Shown: positions 1-9,393 of the stretch, piece by piece
Layout of the letters: each line of letters begins with the position of its first letter
Numbering within the stretch: the stretch's first letter is position 1
Source: Candidatus Spongiisociaceae bacterium
GTDB taxonomy: Bacteria; Actinomycetota; Acidimicrobiia; Spongiisociales; Spongiisociaceae
NCBI GenBank assembly: GCA_965219685.1
Contig: CBDCOH010000002.1
Coordinates: 288,001 to 352,000 of the forward strand
Reading direction: 5' to 3'
DNA length: 64,000 nt
Position numbers and translations under genes: made by a program
Notes under the pieces: model-generated
What the model was told of the DNA's origin: nothing
Database searches by the model: none
The model's input: only the letters and a program-made list of their open reading frames with translations

Positions 1-487
1 TGCCCTGCCGGGCCTTGCCCTGATCGCTGAGTACGAACACCGCGAACCGTTTGGGCACCACGTGCTCGACGTGTGCTCCCTTCATCTTCATCCTGACCCC
101 GCACAAGCCGCACCGGGTCCCGTCCCGGATGTTCAGGTACTTAAGGACCCTGCGGCGATGATCAGGTCTCCAGCGGTCTCTTGCGTCCGGTTCGTCCAGT
201 TCCAGATTCCACCGCCAAACCCCATCGACAGCTGCGAAGGCTTTCCTCAGCAGCCCCTCGGGAGGATCGGGGGGCGGCCTGCTGAACGGGCACACAAGAT
301 CGTCTTCGACAGCCTCGACCGGGTTGTCCTCTGCGGGGTCGTCGATGGGCACGATCGAGCGGCACTTGGGAAATGTCGAGCAGCCCCAGAACTCGTTCCC
401 GGCGTTCTTGCCGCGTTTGGCGACCCTGCGCACCATCGGCGCATCACACTTGGGACATGACAATGCCCGATCGCCATCAGACAACAC
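1..487 (-). CDS. Topoisomerase-type C4 zinc finger fused to HNH endonuclease (3' end runs off window; absent from ORF track)
   Basis: Manual translation from GTG at 487 (GGGGAG upstream): MLSDGDRALSCPKCDAPMVRRVAKRGKNAGNEFWGCSTFPKCR (zf-C4_Topoisom pattern), then RDGTRCGLCGVRMKMKGAHVEHVVPK (CxxC plus D/EHxxP of HNH). Frame is open to position 1. Confidence 0.8.
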   Translation of the reverse strand, partial: MLSDGDRALSCPKCDAPMVRRVAKRGKNAGNEFWGCSTFPKCRSIVPIDDPAEDNPVEAVEDDLVCPFSRPPPDPPEGLLRKAFAAVDGVWRWNLELDEPDARDRWRPDHRRRVLKYLNIRDGTRCGLCGVRMKMKGAHVEHVVPKRFAVFVLSDQGKARQG

Positions 488-565
488 GTCTGACACTCCC
501 CGATGGCACGGTGGACCTCCTCTAAAGCGCGGACTCTACAGGGGCGGATCTGCCCTCCACCAGAA

Positions 566-1038
566 CAGAAGCAGCGCACGGTCCAAGGCCGGTGTGAGCG
601 GCACACTTTTCACCCGCCCGGTCGGCAGCCTCGGCCAACTCCGACAGTGTCGTGGCGTCGCCGGAGCGGGCCGCGTAGCTGGTCGCCGATTCCTGGAATT
701 CGGGTGCGCCGATGCGATCGGAACCTGACTCCAGGAGGAGGACAGGATGGGAAGGTCTGAGCCTGCGCCGGTGCGGCGGTGCTCGATCACGCGCCGTCCC
801 CAGGCGTCAGGTGCGGTGTCGGTCACGCATCCGGCGATCTCGCCCGGCAGCGGCCAGATCTCCCCGCGCCGCAACGGAAGCTCGGGGGTGCAACGGGATA
901 GCGTCGGCGCGCCGCAGGCAGTTGCGCTGGTACACGAGTGTCACGACCGGGCCGCGGTCGACCAACCGATTCGCGACGACCGGCTCGATTGCCCCGGGCA
1001 GCCACACCCATACGGAGACGCGCCGGGGTAACGTTCAT
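566..1038 (-). pseudogene. hipA: HipA-family kinase toxin remnant, several frameshifts, C-terminally truncated
   Basis: Consecutive pieces in different frames: VWLPGAIEPVVANRL..., PLRRGEIWPLPGEIAGCVTDTAPDAWGRRVI, LLESGSDRIGAPEFQESATSY, VPLTPALDRALL. PDAWGRRVI and SGSDRIGA are hallmark HipA N-terminal motifs. Similarity stops before the GGARPK kinase loop. Confidence 0.75.
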
Positions 1039-1440
1039 CCGCCGCACAGCCTTGCAGAACCGGATCACACCTCCTACGGCGCATGCTCGCCCGACTCGTT
1101 GATCCCCACCGGATCAACCTCGCCTAGACCTGCCAGCAGTTCGCACGTGCTCGTAGGATCGGCTTCCACCGGGGTCTACTGTCTCGGACATCGCTCCCGA
1201 CAGCCGATTCGGAGGACTCATCCTTGCTACCGGCGGATTCCGACTTCCCCTGCAGATTCCTCTCTCCCCACTGTCTCGCGCAGACCCCGGGGCCCTAAGA
1301 AATTCACCGTCGTGATGGGGCACCATTACGAGATTTCTGTCAGAATCCGGGGCGTTACAGCAGGCAAACGGCAGAACCACGGTTTCTTATAGCGGCCCTT
1401 GATGATCGGGTTGGTTGAAGTGGACAAGGAGCAACATCCT

Positions 1441-2796
1441 ATGTTCGAAGACACGAAGGATGGTCACAGCCTCAGAGCGCTCACCCGTGTGCCGGCAGCC
1501 CTTCTATGTGTGGCGCTGATCGCTGCGGGCTGCGGCAGTGACTCCTCAGATGACACGCTTGCAGCTGCAGCGGTAGAAACCACAGATGCGGTTCCGCCGG
1601 CGTCGATGGAACATCTCGGTGACGGCTCGCTCGGGGTGGTACAGGTCGCTCCCGGCGATGCCATCCAGATCCGATCGTTGAACGCCATCTCTGAAGAGGT
1701 AGCCGATTTCGGATTGCCCCTACAGCGAGGGGCCGAGTTGGGAGTGGCCGACTACGGAACCGTTCGTGGATTCGAAGTTGACCTCGGTTCTAGATTCGAT
1801 GGGCAATGCACCAACTTCGGTGGAGTGTCCGCCGGCCAAGCCATCGCCAGGGACGAAACGGTGATCGGTGTGATCGGCACGTCGTGTTCGGGTGCCGCGG
1901 CCGGCGCCGCTCCGCTGATCACCGGTGCGGGAATGGTAATGATCTCCCCAGGGAACACGTCACCGGCTCTCACATCCGATCTGGCCGGTAGCCCGGGGGA
2001 AAACCACCACGTCGGCTATTACCGCACGGCCCACAACGATCTGTTCCAGGGGAGAGTGATGGCGGAGTTCGTTCACGACGAGCTGGGTTTGGGCACCGCG
2101 GCGGCTATTCACGACGGTGACCCATACACGCGCGGGCTGGCTGAGGCCTTCGCCGACGCCTTCGAGGCACTGGGCGGGACGATTACGGGTTTCACAGCGG
2201 TGAACAAAGATGACATCGATATGGTTCCGGTTCTCCTCGAACTCGCCGCGGGCAGTCCCGAGGCGTTGTTCTTCCCCGTCTTCCAGCCCGTCGGGGATCA
2301 CATAGCCGAACAGGTACCCACCGTCCAGGGTATGGAAGAGGTTCAGATGTTCTCCGCTGATGGTCTACTCACGGCCGAGTACCTCTCCCTACCACAGTCC
2401 GTAGGTATGTACTTCTCGGGACCCGATACCCGCTACGGCGGAAACGTCAACCAGAGTACCGGCAAGACGGCGGAAGAGTTCCTCGATGCTTACGAGGCCG
2501 CCTACCAGGAACTACCTACGTCCTCGTTCTGGGCGCATGCGTACGATGCCACTACCCTGTTGCTCGACGCTATCACAGCCGCTTCGTATGTCACCGACGA
2601 GGGGGTGTTGATGATCGACCGGGCGGGAGTGCGCGAGTTCCTCGACAGTGTGGACGGCTATCGGGGACTGATCGGCGAAATCACCTGCGACGAGTTCGGT
2701 GACTGTGGATCGCAGAAGATCACCGTGGTTCACCACACCAGCACCGACGTTGACGCGACCATGACCAACGTCGTGTACGCGGGGGGAGGGAACTAA
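1441..2796 (+). CDS. Branched-chain amino acid (LivJ/LivK-type) substrate-binding lipoprotein
   Basis: AAGGAG RBS before ATG 1441; lipobox LIAAGC; VIGTSCSGAA, ISPGNTSPALT, YYRTAHNDLFQG and AHAYDA motifs of Peripla_BP_6. Confidence 0.85.
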   Translation: MFEDTKDGHSLRALTRVPAALLCVALIAAGCGSDSSDDTLAAAAVETTDAVPPASMEHLGDGSLGVVQVAPGDAIQIRSLNAISEEVADFGLPLQRGAELGVADYGTVRGFEVDLGSRFDGQCTNFGGVSAGQAIARDETVIGVIGTSCSGAAAGAAPLITGAGMVMISPGNTSPALTSDLAGSPGENHHVGYYRTAHNDLFQGRVMAEFVHDELGLGTAAAIHDGDPYTRGLAEAFADAFEALGGTITGFTAVNKDDIDMVPVLLELAAGSPEALFFPVFQPVGDHIAEQVPTVQGMEEVQMFSADGLLTAEYLSLPQSVGMYFSGPDTRYGGNVNQSTGKTAEEFLDAYEAAYQELPTSSFWAHAYDATTLLLDAITAASYVTDEGVLMIDRAGVREFLDSVDGYRGLIGEITCDEFGDCGSQKITVVHHTSTDVDATMTNVVYAGGGN

Positions 2797-3005
2797 CCCT
2801 GCCACGATCTACACCATACGAACCGCGACCGGCAAGGGGACACCCCGAGCACACGCGATCGCGAGTTCCCATCCCGGCAAGTGGTATCGCCCGCTAGACA
2901 CCCTGGGGAACGGGGTCCTGCGGGGAATCGCAGGGTAGGTGGGGGTGACAGTCCCCATGGGTTCGGAAACCATCCCGATCACGTAGCGTTCGGAATCCTC
3001 GAAAC

Positions 3006-5240
3006 GTGACTTCCCTCACCGACCAGCCGAGCCCGAGTCCGGACCCGGTGCGGCCTCGGAGGAAGGGCATGATGAAAGCTCTTCTGAAACGCCTGTCAGA
3101 GAATCGCTTCCGGATATCCACACAACTCTACGCAGGGATCTGGGCCGCGGTTGCTCTCACCATGGCGGCGGGCATGGTCGGTTGGTTCTCCTTTAACCGC
3201 GTGGGAGAGGCCCAAAACGTGGTCAACGACGACACCCTGCCAGAGATGGCCACTGCGTTCAGCGTCGCACAGTTCAGTAGCAACCTTGTCGATGCTGCTC
3301 CCCGTTTAGCTACTGCGATCTCTCAAAGCGAACTGATCGACATTGCGGCTGGAATCGCTGCCACCAACGACTCATTCGTGGAGCAACTCGACGAGTTGGA
3401 GGAGGACACAGGAGACACGGAGCAGTACCAGCAACTTCGGATCGACTCAGAGGCGCTGATCAGTAACATCGCGGCGATTTATAACGACAAGGTTGAACTG
3501 TTCGGTCTAGCCGCCGACAAGGAAGACATCCAGGGTGGACTTGCCACTCTTCGAACCCGGTTGGACAGCATCATGCTGCCGGTTCTTGATGACCAGTTCT
3601 CCGACATTATCAGCCTCCGCTCGTCCGGCGAGGGCACGACGGGGACAGAGACCTTGTTCTTTGAAGACCAGATGGTCGTCTACCGTAGCTTGACGGAGAT
3701 CCGGTCAAACGCCAACATCGCCGCCCAAGTCTTGGCCACCGCGCTCGGTCTCTCCAATTCCTCAGAGGTTGAACCGTTGCGAGGACTGTTCAAAGCCACT
3801 GCCGATGAGATCGAGGCCGACCTGGTGAATCTGGGCGAATTCGAACAGCGGGAGGACCTCCGGCAGTTCTTCTCGCAGTTGTCGACCCTGGGTCTGGGCA
3901 CAAATGGGGGATTCAACCTGGTCGCCCGAGAACTGGGTCTCCTCGACCGCCAAAACGATTTGCTGGCAAATAACCGCGTCCTAGCCCTGAACATGGTCAA
4001 TGAGATAGATGTCTTGGTGAACTCCGCCCGCGAACGAGCTGATGGCGCCACGCTCGCTTCGGATCAGGCCATCCGGACCGGGAGGACACTGCTGCTGTTC
4101 ATCAGCATCATGTCCGTTGCCGGCGCCGCGCTCATGGCTTGGTTGTTCGTGGGTAGGGTGCTACTCCGCCGCCTCAGCCATCTTTCCAACCGGATGCTGA
4201 GCATGGCCAAGGGCGACCTGGAAACTCAGGTGACCATCAAGGGGCGCGACGAAGTGGCGGACCTGGCTGAGGCCCTGGAGGTCTTCCGCCGTCACGCCCT
4301 CGAAGTGCAGCGCCTCAACCTCGTAGAGCAACTGGCGGCAGAACTGAAGGAAAAGAACATCCAGATCGAAAAGGTGCTGTCCGACTTGCAGCGGGCGCAA
4401 GAGCAGATCGTGGTGCAGGGGAAACTCGCTGCGCTCGGCGAACTAACCGCCGGAGTAGCCCACGAATTCCGTAACCCGCTGAACTTCATCAGGAACTTCT
4501 CGGAGGCCTCCAAGGATCTGCTGGCTGAACTCCGGGAGATCCTGGACGAGCCGACCGCCGATCTGACGGAAGAAGACAGGGTATACCTTCTTGAGATCGC
4601 TGACTATCTGGAGTCGAACCTAGAGCGTATCCGTTCCCACGGCGACCGCGCCGACCGCATCGTGGAGGACATGCTGAGGATGGGTGGGGGCTCAGGAGAA
4701 AAACAGCCTACTGACCTGAACGGGGTGATGCATGACCGCCTGAACCTGGCGTATCGGAGCGCGCGGGCAATGGACACCGATTTCAACCCCACCATAAGAG
4801 AGGATTACGACCCTACGCTGGTTGAAATAGAGGTGATTCCCCAAGATATCGGGCGATTGTTCCTGAACCTTGTCTCCAACGCCTGCTATGCGACCAACCA
4901 AAGACGTCTGAGTATGGATGCATCGGGCATGACGGAGCCCTTCGTGCCGGAACTACGGATAAGCTCCCGCAGAGAGGCCGACCGGGTGGTCTTTTCTGTC
5001 TGGGACAACGGCGGCGGGATCCCTTCCGACATCATCGACAACATCTTCAACCCTTTCTTCACCACCAAGCCCGCCGATCAGGGCACCGGATTGGGCCTGG
5101 CTCTCTCCAGCGACATCGCCCGGCAACACGGCGGTCTGATCCGAGTTGAAACCGAACAGGGCGAATCAACCACCATGATCGTTGAACTGCCCCTCGCCGA
5201 CACACCGACCCCGACCCCCGAGATCCAGCAGCCGGGCTGA
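3006..5240 (+). CDS. Membrane sensor histidine kinase (TorS-like extracellular helical domain, HAMP, HisKA, HATPase_c)
   Basis: Two TM segments flank a long helical sensor; HAMP (GDLETQVTIKGRDEVADLAEAL); H-box LTAGVAHEFRNPL; N box NLVSNA; G1 DNGGGI; F box FNPFFTTK; G2 GTGLGL. Start could be ATG 3069. Confidence 0.9.
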   Translation: MTSLTDQPSPSPDPVRPRRKGMMKALLKRLSENRFRISTQLYAGIWAAVALTMAAGMVGWFSFNRVGEAQNVVNDDTLPEMATAFSVAQFSSNLVDAAPRLATAISQSELIDIAAGIAATNDSFVEQLDELEEDTGDTEQYQQLRIDSEALISNIAAIYNDKVELFGLAADKEDIQGGLATLRTRLDSIMLPVLDDQFSDIISLRSSGEGTTGTETLFFEDQMVVYRSLTEIRSNANIAAQVLATALGLSNSSEVEPLRGLFKATADEIEADLVNLGEFEQREDLRQFFSQLSTLGLGTNGGFNLVARELGLLDRQNDLLANNRVLALNMVNEIDVLVNSARERADGATLASDQAIRTGRTLLLFISIMSVAGAALMAWLFVGRVLLRRLSHLSNRMLSMAKGDLETQVTIKGRDEVADLAEALEVFRRHALEVQRLNLVEQLAAELKEKNIQIEKVLSDLQRAQEQIVVQGKLAALGELTAGVAHEFRNPLNFIRNFSEASKDLLAELREILDEPTADLTEEDRVYLLEIADYLESNLERIRSHGDRADRIVEDMLRMGGGSGEKQPTDLNGVMHDRLNLAYRSARAMDTDFNPTIREDYDPTLVEIEVIPQDIGRLFLNLVSNACYATNQRRLSMDASGMTEPFVPELRISSRREADRVVFSVWDNGGGIPSDIIDNIFNPFFTTKPADQGTGLGLALSSDIARQHGGLIRVETEQGESTTMIVELPLADTPTPTPEIQQPG

Positions 5241-5249
5241 TCGGATATC

Positions 5250-5460
5250 CAGACCCTGCCGGTTGTCGACGAACCGGGTGAACGGCTCTTCGGTGCGACC
5301 GGTCAGCAGCATCATGCCGATTGCGACCAACCAGGCGAAGAACGCGGTGCCGATGATCGGGTGGGCGACGGTGGCCGAGTCGGCCCAGATGAACTGCGTC
5401 GCGATCCCCAAGGCCGCCGACACAGGAGAGACGGACCGGAGAACTCCGCCCGAAGACCCC
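5250..5460 (-). pseudogene. C-terminal fragment of a membrane protein gene
   Basis: Two hydrophobic helices (SPVSAALGIATQFIW; IIGTAFFAWLVAIGMMLLTGR) with coding-like codon use, no credible start, and a frame running into the kinase gene end. Confidence 0.3.
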
Positions 5461-5618
5461 GCCTTCGCTCCAACCATCCGACACACCTCAATCCATGAAG
5501 ATGCTGGGCTAGCCCTGATGACCGTTCCGCGGCCCCGCGGAGTCCTGCATCCGATCGGCTCTCGTGACCAGATTCCACGACCGGCCCGCACTGCCTCTCG
5601 GGTCTTGCCGCCGGCGAT

Positions 5619-6299
5619 CTACCAGGCGAGCCCCACCGCTCTGGTCAGGAATCCCGCGAATGGCGCGGCGACGCGGCAGGCGTCGGCATACAGGTCGATG
5701 AAGTCGGGCGCGCAGGTCTCGTCCTCGGTGAACTGCGTGATCGCGACGAACGACTTCAGCTTCAGGTACTCGATGTGGGGATGGCCCGGGTCGAAGCCCC
5801 TAGGAGCTCGCTTGAGCGACTCGCCCTCCAGGTCGAAGTTGGAGGCGAAGGGCTCGCCCTCCACGATGGCTTCCCACTTCTCGGGCTTGTCGACGATCGC
5901 CTGGCGGATCTGGTTGGCCGTCGCGGCCTTCGGTCTCCACAGCCCGGCGCCGGCGAACACGTATCCGGGTTCCAGATGCAGGTAAAGGCCGGGTCCGTGG
6001 ACCTCCCGCCCCACCTCGTGGCGGAAGTGGATCCCGGCGTTGGTCTTGTACGGGCTCTTGTCTTTCGAGAAGCGCACGTCCCGGTAGATCCGGAACACCG
6101 ATCCGCCTGAACGCCGGGGATCGGCCACCATGTGAGGGCTGATGGATGCGAGACGGCTCTCGAAGTCTGCGACGAACTGCAGGAGAGGATCCTGGACGTC
6201 CTTCCGGAAGCGCTCCTTGTTGGCCTGGAACCAGTCGCGCCGGTTGTTCGCGGCCAACTCGTCGAGGAACTCGAACATGGCGGGGGTGAAGTGTGACAT
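5619..6299 (-). CDS. DUF2461 / TIGR02453 family protein
   Basis: FLDELAANNRRDWF, FRIYRDVRFSKDKSPYKT and LKRAPRGFDPGHPHIEYLKLKSF motifs. Confidence 0.9.
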   Translation of the reverse strand: MSHFTPAMFEFLDELAANNRRDWFQANKERFRKDVQDPLLQFVADFESRLASISPHMVADPRRSGGSVFRIYRDVRFSKDKSPYKTNAGIHFRHEVGREVHGPGLYLHLEPGYVFAGAGLWRPKAATANQIRQAIVDKPEKWEAIVEGEPFASNFDLEGESLKRAPRGFDPGHPHIEYLKLKSFVAITQFTEDETCAPDFIDLYADACRVAAPFAGFLTRAVGLAW

Positions 6300-6386
6300 C
6301 CGGGCAAACCGTAGCCGGGTCGCCTCACTCTCACCCGGGTTTGTGCGTGTGCCTGCCCGGCGCTTTCTTGCAGTCAAATATCCGGG

Positions 6387-6790
6387 TCATGCCATCCGGA
6401 CGTCGTGCATTACGATCCCTAGGCCCGACGCCCTGGCCATTCGGCTGTCCGCAGTCAGTAGGGGAATCCCGTAGCGGCGCGCACAAGCTACGTAGACAGC
6501 GTCGTAGGCGGTGACGTTCCGGTAGTGATCCCAAGCCCATCGCGCCAGCTTCCGGTGGGGAACGCGGGTCAGCGGCCACCTGATCAGGTCGTCTACGGCC
6601 ATACGTGCCCGTTCCTCTTCCAGATGTCCCTGCAGAACCGTCTTGCGTAACACTGACAGCACCTCGGCATCCATCAACTCGGGCGCGACCAGGGAAGCGC
6701 TGTCGATTGTGGGAGCGATAGCCCTGCCCATCGGTGATCTGAGCATAGGTACTCGAATGCGACCGAGGCATCGATCACATAGCCGGTCAT
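6387..6790 (-). pseudogene. vapC: VapC (PIN domain) toxin, frameshifted after codon ~15
   Basis: ATG 6790 overlaps the antitoxin stop and gives MTGYVIDASVAFEYL; that frame then stops. The remainder (LRSPMG...APELMDAEVLSVLR...YDAVYVACA...LLTADSRM) is in another frame; shift at ~6745. Confidence 0.8.
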
Positions 6791-7089
6791 CCGGGGTCGA
6801 TGCCAGCGGATCCCGGGCGCGAGCGTCCGCCTCCGTCAGGATCGTCAGCGGACCAGGACCCAATCTGCTTGGTCCGCACGGCCCGCTCCTCGGCAATCAG
6901 TGCGGCCGCATCCACGCCGAGGTCGGTCGCGGGGCGCCCGGCCAGATGCTCACGCCACTCCCACATCGCCAGCTCGCGTTCTACAGCGGTGAGCACCGCC
7001 GCGCTGATGGTGCAGCGGTTCTGCCTTGCGTAGGAACGGAGGCGCTCGTGAAGGGCATCGGGTACGTTCTTAACTTGAAGGTTCGCCAT
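6787..7089 (-). CDS. FitA/VapB-like ribbon-helix-helix antitoxin
   Basis: MANLQVKNVPDALHERLRSYA RHH signature; ATGA overlap with the PIN gene. Confidence 0.85.
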   Translation of the reverse strand: MANLQVKNVPDALHERLRSYARQNRCTISAAVLTAVERELAMWEWREHLAGRPATDLGVDAAALIAEERAVRTKQIGSWSADDPDGGGRSRPGSAGIDPG

Positions 7090-7100
7090 TTCATGGCAAT

Positions 7101-7144
7101 ATCATGGTCTTGGCATTGCCTAATCATGATTCTGGCATTACCTA
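7101..7144. promoter_or_regulatory. Tandem 22-bp direct repeat, probable TA autoregulatory operator
   Basis: ATCATGGTCTTGGCATTGCCTA followed by ATCATGATTCTGGCATTACCTA, immediately upstream of the RHH antitoxin. Confidence 0.6.
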
Positions 7145-7189
7145 GGCACCCTCCTCGGACTCCTCCGGGCGTTGGAATGGCTCGACCGG

Positions 7190-7600
7190 TCAGGTGGCCG
7201 ACCAGGTTCGGGCTGTCTCCACTGTCACCTCGATAACCGGTCCCGGGGGCGGCTGGGTCGTGTACACGTCGTACCTGGCGGTGAGCAGGGCGAGGCCCTT
7301 CCGGAGGGTGGGACCGGACCGGACCACCTTGGCTGTCCCGTCGAGCCTCACCCACCACAGTCTCGACCAGTCGTCGTCGTAGTGGTCGACCAGCACCGAG
7401 ACCTGCGGGTTCGCTTCTATGTTGGCGAGGCGTTTGAGGCGGAGGGTGGACTTGGGCTTGAGGTCGACCGCCGTGTACAGGTGCCCTTGTTCGTAGGCGA
7501 ACACGATCGGGACCAGGTGCGGCCGGCCGTGGTGGTCGACGGTTCCCAGCGTGGCCGAGCGCGCACCGCCTAGCCGGCGGCTCATCTCATCGCGGTCCAC
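7190..7600 (-). CDS. PPOX-class putative F420-dependent oxidoreductase (Rv0121 / TIGR03668-like)
   Basis: ATLGTVDHHGRPHLVPIVFA, VDLKPKST, NIEANPQVSVLVDHYDDDWSRLWWVRLDG; GGGAGG RBS before GTG 7600. Confidence 0.85.
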   Translation of the reverse strand: MDRDEMSRRLGGARSATLGTVDHHGRPHLVPIVFAYEQGHLYTAVDLKPKSTLRLKRLANIEANPQVSVLVDHYDDDWSRLWWVRLDGTAKVVRSGPTLRKGLALLTARYDVYTTQPPPGPVIEVTVETARTWSAT

Positions 7601-7951
7601 GGGAGCCTCCCTTCGCCGAGCGGGCACTGTCGAGTCTCCGGACTCTCCATGTCCGCCGGGTATGTTGCCATGTGCGACCGGCTGCGGGGTGAACCGCCCG
7701 GAAACGCCCCCGTGCATCGCCTCCTCGCGGGGCTAGACGAGTAGTTCCAAGGGATCTGACCGGAAACGACCGAACTCTACGATCGCTACACAACGCTGTA
7801 CAACGCATCTGTGACTGGTGTGCCCCTGTTCCTGGACTCTCGGACCACGGGCTGCCGTTTCGTGAAGAGCCACCCCGCGGCGCAAACGCGAGACTCAAAC
7901 AGTGCTATGTAGGATGGTAAACGATCCGAATTAGTGTTAACCACCGATCCC

Positions 7952-7993
7952 AAACTAGAAACTATAGACTACCGACTAGGAACTAATCATCTA
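7952..7993. repeat. Degenerate C/A-rich heptamer array (NNACTAN) abutting a -10 box
   Basis: AAACTAG AAACTAT AGACTAC CGACTAG GAACTAA TCATCTA, then TAGCAT (7992-7997), 6 nt, ATG. Confidence 0.7.
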
Positions 7994-8003
7994 GCATCGC
8001 GCC

Positions 8004-9320
8004 ATGACGATGCCACACACCCTGGCGGCACCGTGGCGGGCTCCGGTATTCTGGGCCGATATCCGACCCGCAGTGTGGTCGGCTCTCGGGCTGCCTCCCA
8101 CCGTCTATGCGGACGAGGCGTTCTACGCCGACGAGCAGAGCCGGCTGTTCGGGCGGGCATGGACCGGTGTGGCGCTTGCCTCCGAGTTGCGGGCGCCGGG
8201 CCGGCTTCTCGTGCGGTCGGTCGGCGGCAAGTCCGTGTTGCTGACCCGGTCCGGCGACCAGTTGCGCGGGTTCATGAACACCTGCCGTCACCGGGGAACC
8301 GAACTGGCCAAGGCCGACTGCGACATAGGGGGCGTCATCCGGTGTCCTTACCATCGCTGGAGTTATTCGACCGAGGGTCGGTTGGTGGCGGCGCCGCTGT
8401 TCGAAGCGTCCCCGCCGTCGGACTTCGACCCCGCCGACTGGCGTCTCGTGCCGGTACGCGTGGACACCTGGGGTCCCGTCGTGTTCGTATGCCTCGACGA
8501 GCGGACCCCGCCGCTGGAGGTGTGGCTCGGTGATCTCGCGGAGCGTTTGGCCGGTTACCGCCTGGACGAGTGGGAGATCGCCGACCTCGACGGGGCGGAA
8601 TGCACGTTCGAGGTCGGCGCCAACTGGAAGCTGATCGTCGAGAACTTCGCCGAGTACTACCACCTGCCGTGGGTGCATCCGAAGCTGGCCAAGGTGTCAC
8701 GGGTCAAGGACCACTACCGCTACCAGGGTCCGGGAATGTATTGCGGGCAGACCACGACGCCGGTCTCGAGCGACAAGCATGACGACTGGTTGGTACTGCC
8801 CCCCGCCACCGGCCTGGACGCCTCGGATGCCGCCAGCGGGAGGTTCGTCGCTCTGTTCCCCAACGTCTTGCTGGCGGTGCTGCCCAACCACATGTTCCTC
8901 ATGCTGTTGGAGCCGGTGGGGGCCGGGCGGACCCTCGAGCACTGTACCTTCCTGTTCCCGCCGGGTACGGCACCGCCATCCGACGACGAGGAGGGGCGCT
9001 GGCGGTTCGGCGAAGCGTTCGAGACCACCCGGCGCTTCTGGGTCGACGTGAACGATGAGGACATCGACATCTGCGAACGGGTCCAGCGCGGTCTCACCCG
9101 CGCCGGCGCGCCACCGGGTCCCATGGCCCCGCGTTTCGAGGAACCGCTGAACCGCTTCCACAACATCGTGGCCGATCTCATGACCCTCGATTCGGCGGCC
9201 GACCTCGCGGTGCCCGCGGGAGACCGGCCGGGCGAGGCTGACCTCTTCGATACCAGGCCGAACCCCCTGCCGCCGCTCATTGAGGTGGAGGCCGCGCTAC
9301 GGAACGCCGAGGCCGGCTGA
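8004..9320 (+). CDS. Rieske non-heme iron oxygenase alpha subunit (choline monooxygenase-like)
   Basis: Rieske CRH...CPYH; mononuclear Fe site ENFAEYYHLPWVH; EDIDICERVQRGL. Confidence 0.9.
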   Translation: MTMPHTLAAPWRAPVFWADIRPAVWSALGLPPTVYADEAFYADEQSRLFGRAWTGVALASELRAPGRLLVRSVGGKSVLLTRSGDQLRGFMNTCRHRGTELAKADCDIGGVIRCPYHRWSYSTEGRLVAAPLFEASPPSDFDPADWRLVPVRVDTWGPVVFVCLDERTPPLEVWLGDLAERLAGYRLDEWEIADLDGAECTFEVGANWKLIVENFAEYYHLPWVHPKLAKVSRVKDHYRYQGPGMYCGQTTTPVSSDKHDDWLVLPPATGLDASDAASGRFVALFPNVLLAVLPNHMFLMLLEPVGAGRTLEHCTFLFPPGTAPPSDDEEGRWRFGEAFETTRRFWVDVNDEDIDICERVQRGLTRAGAPPGPMAPRFEEPLNRFHNIVADLMTLDSAADLAVPAGDRPGEADLFDTRPNPLPPLIEVEAALRNAEAG

Positions 9321-9351
9321 GCCGAAGCTCACCGGTTAGAGGGTGGGTACG

Positions 9352-9393
9352 TAGATGATTAGTTTCCTAGGTGTCGGGTATTGGGCGCTGGGT
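9352..9393. repeat. Degenerate G/T-rich heptamer array
   Basis: TAGATGA TTAGTTT CCTAGGT GTCGGGT ATTGGGC GCTGGGT. Positions 9352-9370 are the reverse complement of 7976-7993 apart from one indel. Confidence 0.6.

Noticed and set aside
1290-1398. Imperfect inverted repeat (GGGCCCTAAGAAA ... TTTCTTATAGCGGCCC) upstream of the binding protein, considered as a riboswitch
   Set aside because: No conserved core of glycine, c-di-GMP, SAM, TPP or cobalamin riboswitches recognised; an Infernal/Rfam scan would be needed.
6790-6880. Alternate frame PLTILTEADARA resembling a PIN C-terminus inside the antitoxin tail
   Set aside because: Too short to distinguish from chance.
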